Shown here piece by piece: positions 18,079-25,761 of a stretch of DNA of 64,000 nt; the stretch's first letter is position 1, and every line of letters begins with the position of its first letter. The notes under the pieces were generated by a model. That model saw nothing but the letters and a program-made list of their open reading frames with translations, did no database searches and was not told where the DNA came from. Source of the DNA: a virus. The position numbers and the translations under genes are program-made. The stretch covers positions 26,838 through 90,837 of IMG/VR virus record IMGVR_UViG_3300037244_000020; one strand, written 5' to 3'.

Positions 18079-19221
18079 GTGGCAAATACACTGACCGGGC
18101 TTCTCCCGACTCTTTATGAATCGCTGGATATCGTTTCGCGAGAGCAGGTCGGGTTCATCCCGTCTGTCGCGATGGACGCGAGCGCCGAACGTGCAGCGGT
18201 GGGTCAACAGATCCTCGTTCCGATCACGCCGGCGTCGCAGTCCTACGCCGTCACGCCGGGTGTGACCGCACCGAACACGGGGGATCAGATCATCGGTAAC
18301 ACGCCGATCACGATCTCGGCGTCCAACGCAGTGGCGATTCGCTGGAACGGTGAAGAACAGCGCGGCATCAACACTGGCCCAGGCTACACGAACATCAAGA
18401 ACAACCAGATCGTGCAGGCGATGCGCACGCTGTGCAATGGCATCGAACTGCTGGTTGCGCAGACGGCCTACCTCGGTGCGTCGCGGGCAAGCGGCACTGC
18501 AGGCGCTACGCCGTTCGCGTCGGATCTGTCGGCAACCGCCAATTCGCGCAAGATTCTGGCGGATAACGGCGCACCGCTGTCGGACATCCATCTGACGATG
18601 AACACGACCGCTGGCGCGAAAATGCGCACGCTGACGCAATTGACGAAGGCGAATGAAGCAGCCGACGACACGATGCTGCGTCAAGGTGTACTGCTCGACG
18701 TCCATGGCTTCGAGATCCGTGAATCGGCACAGATCCAGTCGACGACCAAGGGCACGGGTGCTAGTTACGTGACCAACGGTGCGGCGGTAGTCGGCCAGAC
18801 TGTGATCCCTCTGATTACGGGTACGGGCACGATTGTTGCTGGTGATGTCGTAACTTTCGCAGGGGATCCGAACCTCTACGTGGTGGCGGCGGGCGGCGGC
18901 ATTGCTGCTCCGGGGTCTATCACGATCAACAAGCCGGGTCTTCTGACGAATGTTTCCGGCAGTACCGCCGTTACGGTTGGAGGCTCGTATACGCCGAACT
19001 TGGCCTATCACCGAAATTCAATCGCGTTGGTCACGCGCAGCCCCGCGCTCCCCATCGAAGGGGATATGGCGGTGGACCGGGTGACGATCATCGACCCGCG
19101 CAGCGGCTTGGCATTCGATGTTGCGCAATATTTACAATATCGTCAGGTGTTGACGGAAATCTCGATTGCGTACGGCGTGGCTGTCATAAAGCCAGAACAT
19201 GTGACGACGCTTTTGGGCTAG
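18079..19221 (+). CDS. Major capsid protein (P22-like coat with inserted domain)
   Basis: ANTLTGLLPTLYESLDIVSRE; C-terminal IAYGVAVIKPEH; position; followed by a terminator. Confidence 0.88.
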   Translation: MANTLTGLLPTLYESLDIVSREQVGFIPSVAMDASAERAAVGQQILVPITPASQSYAVTPGVTAPNTGDQIIGNTPITISASNAVAIRWNGEEQRGINTGPGYTNIKNNQIVQAMRTLCNGIELLVAQTAYLGASRASGTAGATPFASDLSATANSRKILADNGAPLSDIHLTMNTTAGAKMRTLTQLTKANEAADDTMLRQGVLLDVHGFEIRESAQIQSTTKGTGASYVTNGAAVVGQTVIPLITGTGTIVAGDVVTFAGDPNLYVVAAGGGIAAPGSITINKPGLLTNVSGSTAVTVGGSYTPNLAYHRNSIALVTRSPALPIEGDMAVDRVTIIDPRSGLAFDVAQYLQYRQVLTEISIAYGVAVIKPEHVTTLLG

Positions 19222-19237
19222 TAGCCTAGTCTCACTG

Positions 19238-19272
19238 AAAACCCTCCGCAGTGGAAGTTGCGGAGGGTTTTG
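19238..19272 (+). terminator. Rho-independent terminator after the capsid gene
   Basis: AAAACCCTCCGCA-loop-TGCGGAGGGTTTT. Confidence 0.8.
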
Positions 19273-19293
19273 TTTTTCTGTAGTATTGCAGTC

Positions 19294-19347
19294 GGAGGTG
19301 AACGGGCCGGCCAGCCCTTTCGGTGCTCATTCCACTGAATAGCCTCC
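19294..19347 (+). ncRNA. Two-hairpin leader RNA upstream of HNH gene (c4-like architecture)
   Basis: GGAGG/CCTCC closing stem; loop CTCATTC complementary to GAATGAG at the RBS. Confidence 0.5.
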
Positions 19348-19377
19348 AAATTTCAAATAATCGAATGAGGATTTCAA

Positions 19378-20214
19378 GTGAACTACCAGAAGCATTACGA
19401 TACGCTGATCGATCGCGCCCGAAACCGTAAGCTTTCAGGGTATAAGGAACGCCATCACGTCATCCCTCGCTGTATGGGCGGGAGCGATGACAAGTCAAAT
19501 CTTGTGGAGTTGCTGGCGGAAGAGCATTTCGTGGGCCATCTTCTGTTGGCGCGCATCCACCCGGAAAACAGAAAGTTGGTGTTCGCTGCGAACATGATGC
19601 TGATGAACAGCCCGATGCATCATGGCGCTCGATCCAGGAACAAGAGGCATGCGTGGCTTAGAAAGGCACACGCCGAGGCAGCAAGAGCTACGCATCTAGG
19701 AGTTCCAAAGTCCCCTGAACACGTCGCCAAGGTAAGCCGGGCATTGACGGGTAAGCCAGGAACGCGGCGAGGGGCGGTCACTGCGGAGGAAACCAAGGCG
19801 AAGCAGTCCGCAGCAGCCTTCGCTAGACCTGACAAGGCTGAAAATGACGAGAAGATGCGGGAAGGCTACGCAAGGATGACGCCACAGGAGCGTACGGCGC
19901 AGGCGGGTAAGGCATGGGATACAAAGCGCGCCAACGGGAAAGATAGGGACACGCCAGAGACGAGGGCCAAGAAAAGCACGGCGGGCAGGGAGCGCTCTCA
20001 GAGAGAAACCTCAGAGGAGAAAACCGCCCGAGCTTTGAAGGCTGCAGAGTCACGCCGCCGTAACGGAAGTGACAAAGCTACGCCTGAATCCCGAGAGCGT
20101 ATGCGCCAAGCCCATCTCGGGAAGAAACAATCCTTGGAAACCGTCGCCAAACGTAAAGCCACTATAGCACGCAATAAAGCGCTCAAGGCTGTTACAATGC
20201 CGGAAAACACCTGA
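19378..20214 (+). CDS. HNH homing endonuclease with NUMOD3-like repeats
   Basis: YKERHHVIPRCMGGSDDKSNLVELLAEEHFVGHLLL. Confidence 0.88.
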   Translation: MNYQKHYDTLIDRARNRKLSGYKERHHVIPRCMGGSDDKSNLVELLAEEHFVGHLLLARIHPENRKLVFAANMMLMNSPMHHGARSRNKRHAWLRKAHAEAARATHLGVPKSPEHVAKVSRALTGKPGTRRGAVTAEETKAKQSAAAFARPDKAENDEKMREGYARMTPQERTAQAGKAWDTKRANGKDRDTPETRAKKSTAGRERSQRETSEEKTARALKAAESRRRNGSDKATPESRERMRQAHLGKKQSLETVAKRKATIARNKALKAVTMPENT

Positions 20215-20227
20215 TTGGAGCCGATCC

Positions 20228-20413
20228 GTGGCAACCGCACCAATGAAAGCTGCAGCAAAGACCGTTCCGGCGAAAACTGCTCCAAAGACGCCGAACGGAA
20301 AGATCACGCTGGACCAAGCGTTGAAGATGTATGACAACTCCCCGGCCGACAAGGCTGCTGACCTCGCTGCGGCAAAGAAGTTGATGGCTGCGCACAATAA
20401 GAAGGTGAAGTGA
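20228..20413 (+). CDS. Small Lys/Ala-rich protein
   Basis: SD GGAG; in the head-tail region. Confidence 0.55.
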   Translation: MATAPMKAAAKTVPAKTAPKTPNGKITLDQALKMYDNSPADKAADLAAAKKLMAAHNKKVK

Positions 20414-20414
20414 C

Positions 20415-20678
20415 ATGTCCGAAGTCATCCCGACCGTACGCGTATTGCACCCGGACCACCCGGACGGCATTCTAATGAATGAAGCTGATCTGACCGATGA
20501 GCATGTGCTTGTCGATCCGAAGGCTGAGAAAGCGCGGCGCAAGAGTCTGAAAGAGACGTTGGCTGCGGAGATTGCCGCAGAGGACGCAGCAGAAAAAGAA
20601 GCTGCTGCGCGCGCCGCGCATGTCGCCAGTACGCTTGCTTCGCTCAGTGAAGCGATTGACCAAGGCGCGAAAGCCTGA
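20415..20678 (+). CDS. Hypothetical head-associated protein
   Basis: Coupled ORF; IPTVRV..NEAD. Confidence 0.65.
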   Translation: MSEVIPTVRVLHPDHPDGILMNEADLTDEHVLVDPKAEKARRKSLKETLAAEIAAEDAAEKEAAARAAHVASTLASLSEAIDQGAKA

Positions 20679-21244
20679 TGGCGCTCATCGTCGAAGACGG
20701 CACAGTTGTTGCGGGGGCGAATTCTTACTGCACGAAAGCTTACGCTGACAACTACCATGCGAACGTCGGTAACGTCGCGTGGGCTGCTTTGCCGAGCGTC
20801 AATGACGTACCTGCGCCTGCGGAAAGCGTCGTCACCAAGGAAGCGCTGCTGCAGCGAGCGACGCAGTACATGCTTGGCGTCTATCGGCTGCGCTGGCTAG
20901 GGCTTCGGATAAGCCCGACGCAATCGTTGGACTGGCCGCGCTTAGGCGTGATCCTAAAAGATACGGCGTCGTTCTTCGTCGACCAGCGCTTGGCCTACAC
21001 AGTGCCCGCCAATATCGTACCTGACGTTGTCCAGCAGGCGTGTTCGGAATTGGCGCTGCGCGCTTCGACGCAGGATTTGTGGCCGGATCTGGACCAGCGC
21101 ACGCTGCTGGAAAAGGTCGGCCCGATCCAGGTGAACTACGATCGCTTCTCCCCGCAATACCGGCGCTTCCGGCAAGTGGACCTGCTGCTCAATCCGTATC
21201 TGGACGGTACGAACGGGTTGACAACGCGGGTGGTGCGTCGGTAA
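20678..21244 (+). CDS. Head-tail adaptor (DnaT-like family)
   Basis: MALIVEDGTVVAGANSY; QSLDWPR; EKVGPI. Confidence 0.82.
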   Translation: MALIVEDGTVVAGANSYCTKAYADNYHANVGNVAWAALPSVNDVPAPAESVVTKEALLQRATQYMLGVYRLRWLGLRISPTQSLDWPRLGVILKDTASFFVDQRLAYTVPANIVPDVVQQACSELALRASTQDLWPDLDQRTLLEKVGPIQVNYDRFSPQYRRFRQVDLLLNPYLDGTNGLTTRVVRR

Positions 21245-21269
21245 GCCCTACTAAACCCAGAGAACCCAC

Positions 21270-21476
21270 ATGAAACCCATTCAACACTCCACCAACACGC
21301 ACATGCAAGGCTCGCTTCCCATAACGAAGACGGAAGCCGAGGGCAAATCCGCGATCATCTCGTTCTGGAAGCCAACGCAAGAGGAACTGATGAGCCTCAA
21401 CATGGGGGGCTTGATCTCGCTGCTGGTGATAGGGGATGCCATGCCTACCGTGGCCGTGACGGCGATCAAGGCATGA
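21270..21476 (+). CDS. Small hypothetical protein
   Basis: LPI..ISFWKPTQEEL..LN.GG. Confidence 0.6.
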   Translation: MKPIQHSTNTHMQGSLPITKTEAEGKSAIISFWKPTQEELMSLNMGGLISLLVIGDAMPTVAVTAIKA

Positions 21477-21688
21477 GTGCGAACGTCATTAAGCTTCAGC
21501 ACACAGGTACGCCGCGCACTCTGATGGAGAACGCGGCTGAAATCGCCCACGACATGAAGTATGCGTTGATGGTGTTCGTTCGGAAGGACGGCACTATCGG
21601 GACGGAATGGTCACATATACCCGATAACCTAGCGGCACTAGGAGCGATTGAAGTCCTGCGATCCGAGTTTCTTTCAAACGCGCTATGA
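21473..21688 (+). CDS. Small hypothetical protein
   Basis: ATGA-coupled on both sides. Confidence 0.6.
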   Translation: MSANVIKLQHTGTPRTLMENAAEIAHDMKYALMVFVRKDGTIGTEWSHIPDNLAALGAIEVLRSEFLSNAL

Positions 21689-22101
21689 GCATCTACGACA
21701 GCCTCCAAGCCACGGCGATGTCGCTGCTGACCCGGTATGGCAGACCGAAAGGCGTCACACTGCTGCAAGCCGGGCCTGCGTCTTACGACCCTGCGACGGG
21801 TAAGAATTCGCCAACGACGACCACGTACATCGGTACCGGGGTGTTGATCGACTACTCGCTCACGCAGCCCTCTGTGTCGACGGTACGCGGCACAGAGATC
21901 CAGCAAGGCGACAAACTGCTGTATCTCGGTATGCAGGGCACGTTGAACGGTGTTCCGGTCCAGATGCCACAGCCGAACACGGATGATACGATCGTAGTCG
22001 CGGGCACGTCGTATAACGTCGAGGCGACGACTACGATTGACCCTGCTGGCACGCCAGTAATACATACGATGCACCTCAGAGGCGTTCCAGGGGTACCTTA
22101 A
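21685..22101 (+). CDS. Head closure/stopper protein
   Basis: YDPATG; GTEIQQGDKLL; position. Confidence 0.75.
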   Translation: MSIYDSLQATAMSLLTRYGRPKGVTLLQAGPASYDPATGKNSPTTTTYIGTGVLIDYSLTQPSVSTVRGTEIQQGDKLLYLGMQGTLNGVPVQMPQPNTDDTIVVAGTSYNVEATTTIDPAGTPVIHTMHLRGVPGVP

Positions 22102-22565
22102 TGGCAGATTTCGCTGCTCAGATTCGAGCGTTCCAAGACAAAGTGCGACGCAACATTGACATCGTCGTTCAGGAGTCGACGGCTGAGATCGCGGCCGAGC
22201 TTGTAAGCCGCACGCCGATAGACATCACGACACTGCGCGCGAATTGGCAGTTCACGATCGGGGCGCCGTCTGGGGAAGACTTCCCGGGAGCGGCAGACGA
22301 GTCGCCGGAGGGGTCTACTACAGCAGCGAAGCTGGGGAGCGAGATCAGGGAAGTGCCTGCGGGTTCCGTGACCTACGTAGTGAACAACAGGCCGTATATG
22401 CCGATGATTGAATATGGCCTGTACACCGGCGGAACTAGCGGCAAACGCCGCAGCAGCAAGACTATCAACGGCTTCTCCACGCAAGCACCAGCAGGCGTGC
22501 GCGACGTGACCGCCATCGGATGGCAAACCTTTGTTAAAAACGCTATCGCCAAAATAATTACATGA
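22101..22565 (+). CDS. Neck/tail completion protein (HK97 gp10-like)
   Basis: TPIDITTLRANW; NNRPY..IEYG; STQAPAG. Confidence 0.8.
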   Translation: MADFAAQIRAFQDKVRRNIDIVVQESTAEIAAELVSRTPIDITTLRANWQFTIGAPSGEDFPGAADESPEGSTTAAKLGSEIREVPAGSVTYVVNNRPYMPMIEYGLYTGGTSGKRRSSKTINGFSTQAPAGVRDVTAIGWQTFVKNAIAKIIT

Positions 22566-22978
22566 ATTCAGACATCCGGGAAGCCTTCGAGACGCGCATC
22601 GCAGCATTTGCCGCCGCGCAGAAACCGCCGCTGCCGATCGCGTGGGAGAACACGTCCTACACACCTTCGCCGAGCGTCGCGTACTTACGATGCGCCATGC
22701 TTCCGGCCGTGACGCAGAATCCGTCGATGGGCGCTCCGCACGTGCGGCTGGTGGGTCTGTACCAGGTGAATGTGTACGGAATTCAAGATGAGGGACCGGC
22801 CGGTGCGGAAGCCATTGCAGATGCCATAATCGCGTTGTTTCCGCGCGGCGGCATGGTGCAGAACGGCGTGATTGTCAATATCGACACAACGGGGTCGCGA
22901 GCACAAGGCTTGAACGACATCAACGGGTTCTTCTTTATCCCGGTACGAGTCAAGTATCGCGAAGATGTTTTGAGTTGA
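22562..22978 (+). CDS. Tail terminator protein (DUF4128-like)
   Basis: IAWEN; GLYQVNV; ADAIIALF. Confidence 0.8.
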   Translation: MNSDIREAFETRIAAFAAAQKPPLPIAWENTSYTPSPSVAYLRCAMLPAVTQNPSMGAPHVRLVGLYQVNVYGIQDEGPAGAEAIADAIIALFPRGGMVQNGVIVNIDTTGSRAQGLNDINGFFFIPVRVKYREDVLS

Positions 22979-23054
22979 CGCGGAAAGGTTGCGTACAGCG
23001 CTTTAACGTTGTACAGTAGATTCTCGAACCCACCCTTAGACGAAGCCCGCGCCC

Positions 23055-23519
23055 ATGAAAGATACCCTTGAAAGTTTTCTTCCCAAGATCCAAGAGTCAC
23101 TAGATATCGCGTCACGTGATTTGAACTGGCTCTCAGACATTACTCTCGACGCCAGCGACGAGAAGGTAGCGAAAGGCAGCAAAACTGCGGGAGAGTGCGG
23201 GAGCGTAACTATCTCTCAAGCTATGTATGTTGCGCTTCCAGTTACTCCCCCGCTCTATAAGGCTAGTGAAGATCCACGGTATCTGGAACGACACCACGTG
23301 ACGCACGCCTTCAAGACACTCTTCGAAGCCGTCGAGGCAGAGATTGCTGAAGGGTCAACAGTGCTCGCTACCCGCCTTCCTGACGTTCCTGACATTGTAA
23401 TAAATTCAGCCGTGGTTACTGATAAGCGCAGCGGTATCTCATTTTGTATTTGGGACTACGGCCACCCACCTCTGGGGCGTGTGCGCTACACGGTCAATAT
23501 CGCTTACGGCGTAGCCTGA
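23055..23519 (+). CDS. Internally deleted paralog of the major capsid protein
   Basis: ESLDIASRD/LDASDE match the capsid N-terminus; DKRSGISF...NIAYGVA matches the C-terminus; candidate promoter TTGCGT-N17-TACAGT at 22989-23017. Confidence 0.75.
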   Translation: MKDTLESFLPKIQESLDIASRDLNWLSDITLDASDEKVAKGSKTAGECGSVTISQAMYVALPVTPPLYKASEDPRYLERHHVTHAFKTLFEAVEAEIAEGSTVLATRLPDVPDIVINSAVVTDKRSGISFCIWDYGHPPLGRVRYTVNIAYGVA

Positions 23520-23600
23520 CTAGACAAGCAGGTAATTCCCCTGTGAAGCGCGTTTTGAGCTAAAATCGCGCGAAAGTCTATACTTCACAGGGGAAGATTC

Positions 23601-24821
23601 ATGGGTTTGATCGCCGTTGGCGTATCCAAGCAGCTAATTTTCGCGAAGGAGACCACTTTCGCTGTGGAGGCTCCTGCGGCATCAGGCCAGCTTTTGCGCC
23701 GCACCACCAGTAACTTGGACTTGGCGAAGAAGACTTACAAGTCGACGGAAATTCGCCCGGACTATCAGCGTTCTGACTTCCGCCATGGCACGCGCTCTGT
23801 GACCGGCACGATCTCCGATGAATTGTCGGTTGGCACGTTCGAAGCGTTCATGGCCTCCGCAATGCGCCAAGCGTGGCAGACGCCAGCTACGAGTGGTCCG
23901 ATCACGGTCATCACGGCGCAAGCAACCGCCCCGCAATTCGCGCGTTCGGCAGGATCATTTCTGACGGATGGGTTTAAGATCGGTGACGTGGTGCGCTGGT
24001 CGGGATTCTCTACGGGCGGCGCGACGGCGAACAACGCCAAGAACTTCCTGATCACGGCGCTCGATGCGACCGACATGACGGGCGTATTCCTGAATAACGA
24101 TCCAGTTGCGCCGGACGTCGCAGGAGACTCGGTCACCTGTTCCGTGGTGGGCAAGAAGACGTGGATTCCGACGACCGGCCACACGCGGGATTCGTACACG
24201 ATCGAGCACAGCTACACGGACATCAGCCAGAGCCAAGTGTTCACGGGCTGCCGCATCAGCCAGATGACGGTCAAGCTGCCGTCAACGGGCTTGGCTACCG
24301 TGGACTTCCCGGTCCTCGGCATTAACGGCACCGAGACGGCCGGGGCGTATTTCACCACCCCGGCTGCGCCTTCTACCGGCAAGATTCTTGCAGCGGTCAA
24401 CGGGGCGATGTACGTGGGCGGGGTGCAGGTCGCTGTGGTGACATCGATTGACTTCACGGTCAACGGCAATATGACGACTGGCGACGTGGTCGGCTCCAAT
24501 GTGGCGCCGGACATCTTCCCAGGTTCCATCGACGTGACCGGCACGATCTCTGCGTACTTCGAGGATGAGACGTTCCAATCCGCGTTCTATAACGAAACGG
24601 AAGTGGCAGTAGTCGTGGCGCTGACGGCTGACAATACGCCGACTGCGGACTTCCAAGTCTACAGCTTCCCACGCTGCAAGTTCAACGGCGCGACGAAGAA
24701 CGACGGTGAAGTGGGGCTGGTGCAGTCGGTACCGTTCGTGGCGCTGCTCAACAACGCAGGGGGCGCTGCTGCTCCTACGCTGCTCACCACGATGTCGATT
24801 CAAGACTCGGCGGCTGTCTAA
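23601..24821 (+). CDS. Major tail tube protein
   Basis: LRRTTSNLDL.K..S.EIR.D; FTGCRIS; position before the chaperones and tape measure. Confidence 0.85.
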   Translation: MGLIAVGVSKQLIFAKETTFAVEAPAASGQLLRRTTSNLDLAKKTYKSTEIRPDYQRSDFRHGTRSVTGTISDELSVGTFEAFMASAMRQAWQTPATSGPITVITAQATAPQFARSAGSFLTDGFKIGDVVRWSGFSTGGATANNAKNFLITALDATDMTGVFLNNDPVAPDVAGDSVTCSVVGKKTWIPTTGHTRDSYTIEHSYTDISQSQVFTGCRISQMTVKLPSTGLATVDFPVLGINGTETAGAYFTTPAAPSTGKILAAVNGAMYVGGVQVAVVTSIDFTVNGNMTTGDVVGSNVAPDIFPGSIDVTGTISAYFEDETFQSAFYNETEVAVVVALTADNTPTADFQVYSFPRCKFNGATKNDGEVGLVQSVPFVALLNNAGGAAAPTLLTTMSIQDSAAV

Positions 24822-24944
24822 AATAACGAAAGCCCTCTATAATGGGGGCTTCAACCTTCTGCACGCAAAGACCGGCCGTTCGGCGCTAGGCTCATAGCTT
24901 AGAGTGCCAGCGATCTTTGCGTGCACTAACCCACGGGGAATTGC

Positions 24945-25409
24945 ATGAGCGACAATCAAGACAACAGCGGCGAAGCCCAAGCATCGGCTCCGGTCATCGG
25001 CTTCGACATCGGCCTGTCGGACACCAGCGAGTTGACCTACGACATCCCGTTCAGCTTCGATGCGGACGGTAAGGCCAGCGCAGGCATTACGGTTGTCGGC
25101 AAGAACTCCCAGCAGTACAAGGACGCCGACCGCGCTCTTTCGCGCGTGGCGCTGAAGAAGTCGGCTGTGCGCGGCCGCCCGCTGGATCTGAAGAAGGACT
25201 CCGACTCGGACGAATTCCTCGATCAGCGCGAATCCACGAACGTCGCGCTCGCGGTCGCCATTACGGTCGGCTGGTTTGGCCTGACGGACAAAGGCGCTGA
25301 GTTCCCGTTCAGCAAGGCTGCGGCTCAGATGCTCTACTCGAAGAATAGCGTAGTGCGTGACAAAGTGCTTGTTGCTGTCGAGGACGCCTCAAATTTTTTG
25401 AAACGCTGA
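24945..25409 (+). CDS. Tail assembly chaperone (G-like)
   Basis: Position; ends at the slippery sequence T TTT TTG. Confidence 0.8.
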   Translation: MSDNQDNSGEAQASAPVIGFDIGLSDTSELTYDIPFSFDADGKASAGITVVGKNSQQYKDADRALSRVALKKSAVRGRPLDLKKDSDSDEFLDQRESTNVALAVAITVGWFGLTDKGAEFPFSKAAAQMLYSKNSVVRDKVLVAVEDASNFLKR

Positions 25410-25753
25410 TCAAAGCCACCGTTCAGCATTGCGAGGCTGAATTCAGGCTCGCAAAACTGGGGCCGGACGGGGTACCGAAGCGTACGCATCTTGAAGCGGT
25501 CATGAGCCAGACAGGGAAGTTGCCCAAAGAACTGGCTAGTATCCCGAAGATGCCGAACGAGATGGTGTACCTGTTCGAATGGTTTTGCGAGCTTGACATG
25601 GCGAGGGGCGGCAACGGGTTCGGCATCAACCCGCTGGGCTTCACAGAGATCAGCGCGTGGGCGCAACTCACACGCAATTGCCCTCAGCCGTGGGAGATCG
25701 AGGTTCTGAGACGGCTCGACGCTGTTAGAATCCGGGTAGCGAACGAAAAATAG
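25394..25753 (+). CDS. Tail assembly chaperone T segment reached by -1 frameshift
   Basis: -1 frame is open from the slippery site (FETLIKAT...) into ORF 25502-25753. Confidence 0.75.
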   Translation, partial: FFETLIKATVQHCEAEFRLAKLGPDGVPKRTHLEAVMSQTGKLPKELASIPKMPNEMVYLFEWFCELDMARGGNGFGINPLGFTEISAWAQLTRNCPQPWEIEVLRRLDAVRIRVANEK

Positions 25754-25761
25754 GGAAAGCA

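Noticed and set aside
17179-19011. 610-aa minus-strand ORF
   Set aside because: Antisense shadow of the scaffold and capsid genes; no recognisable motifs.
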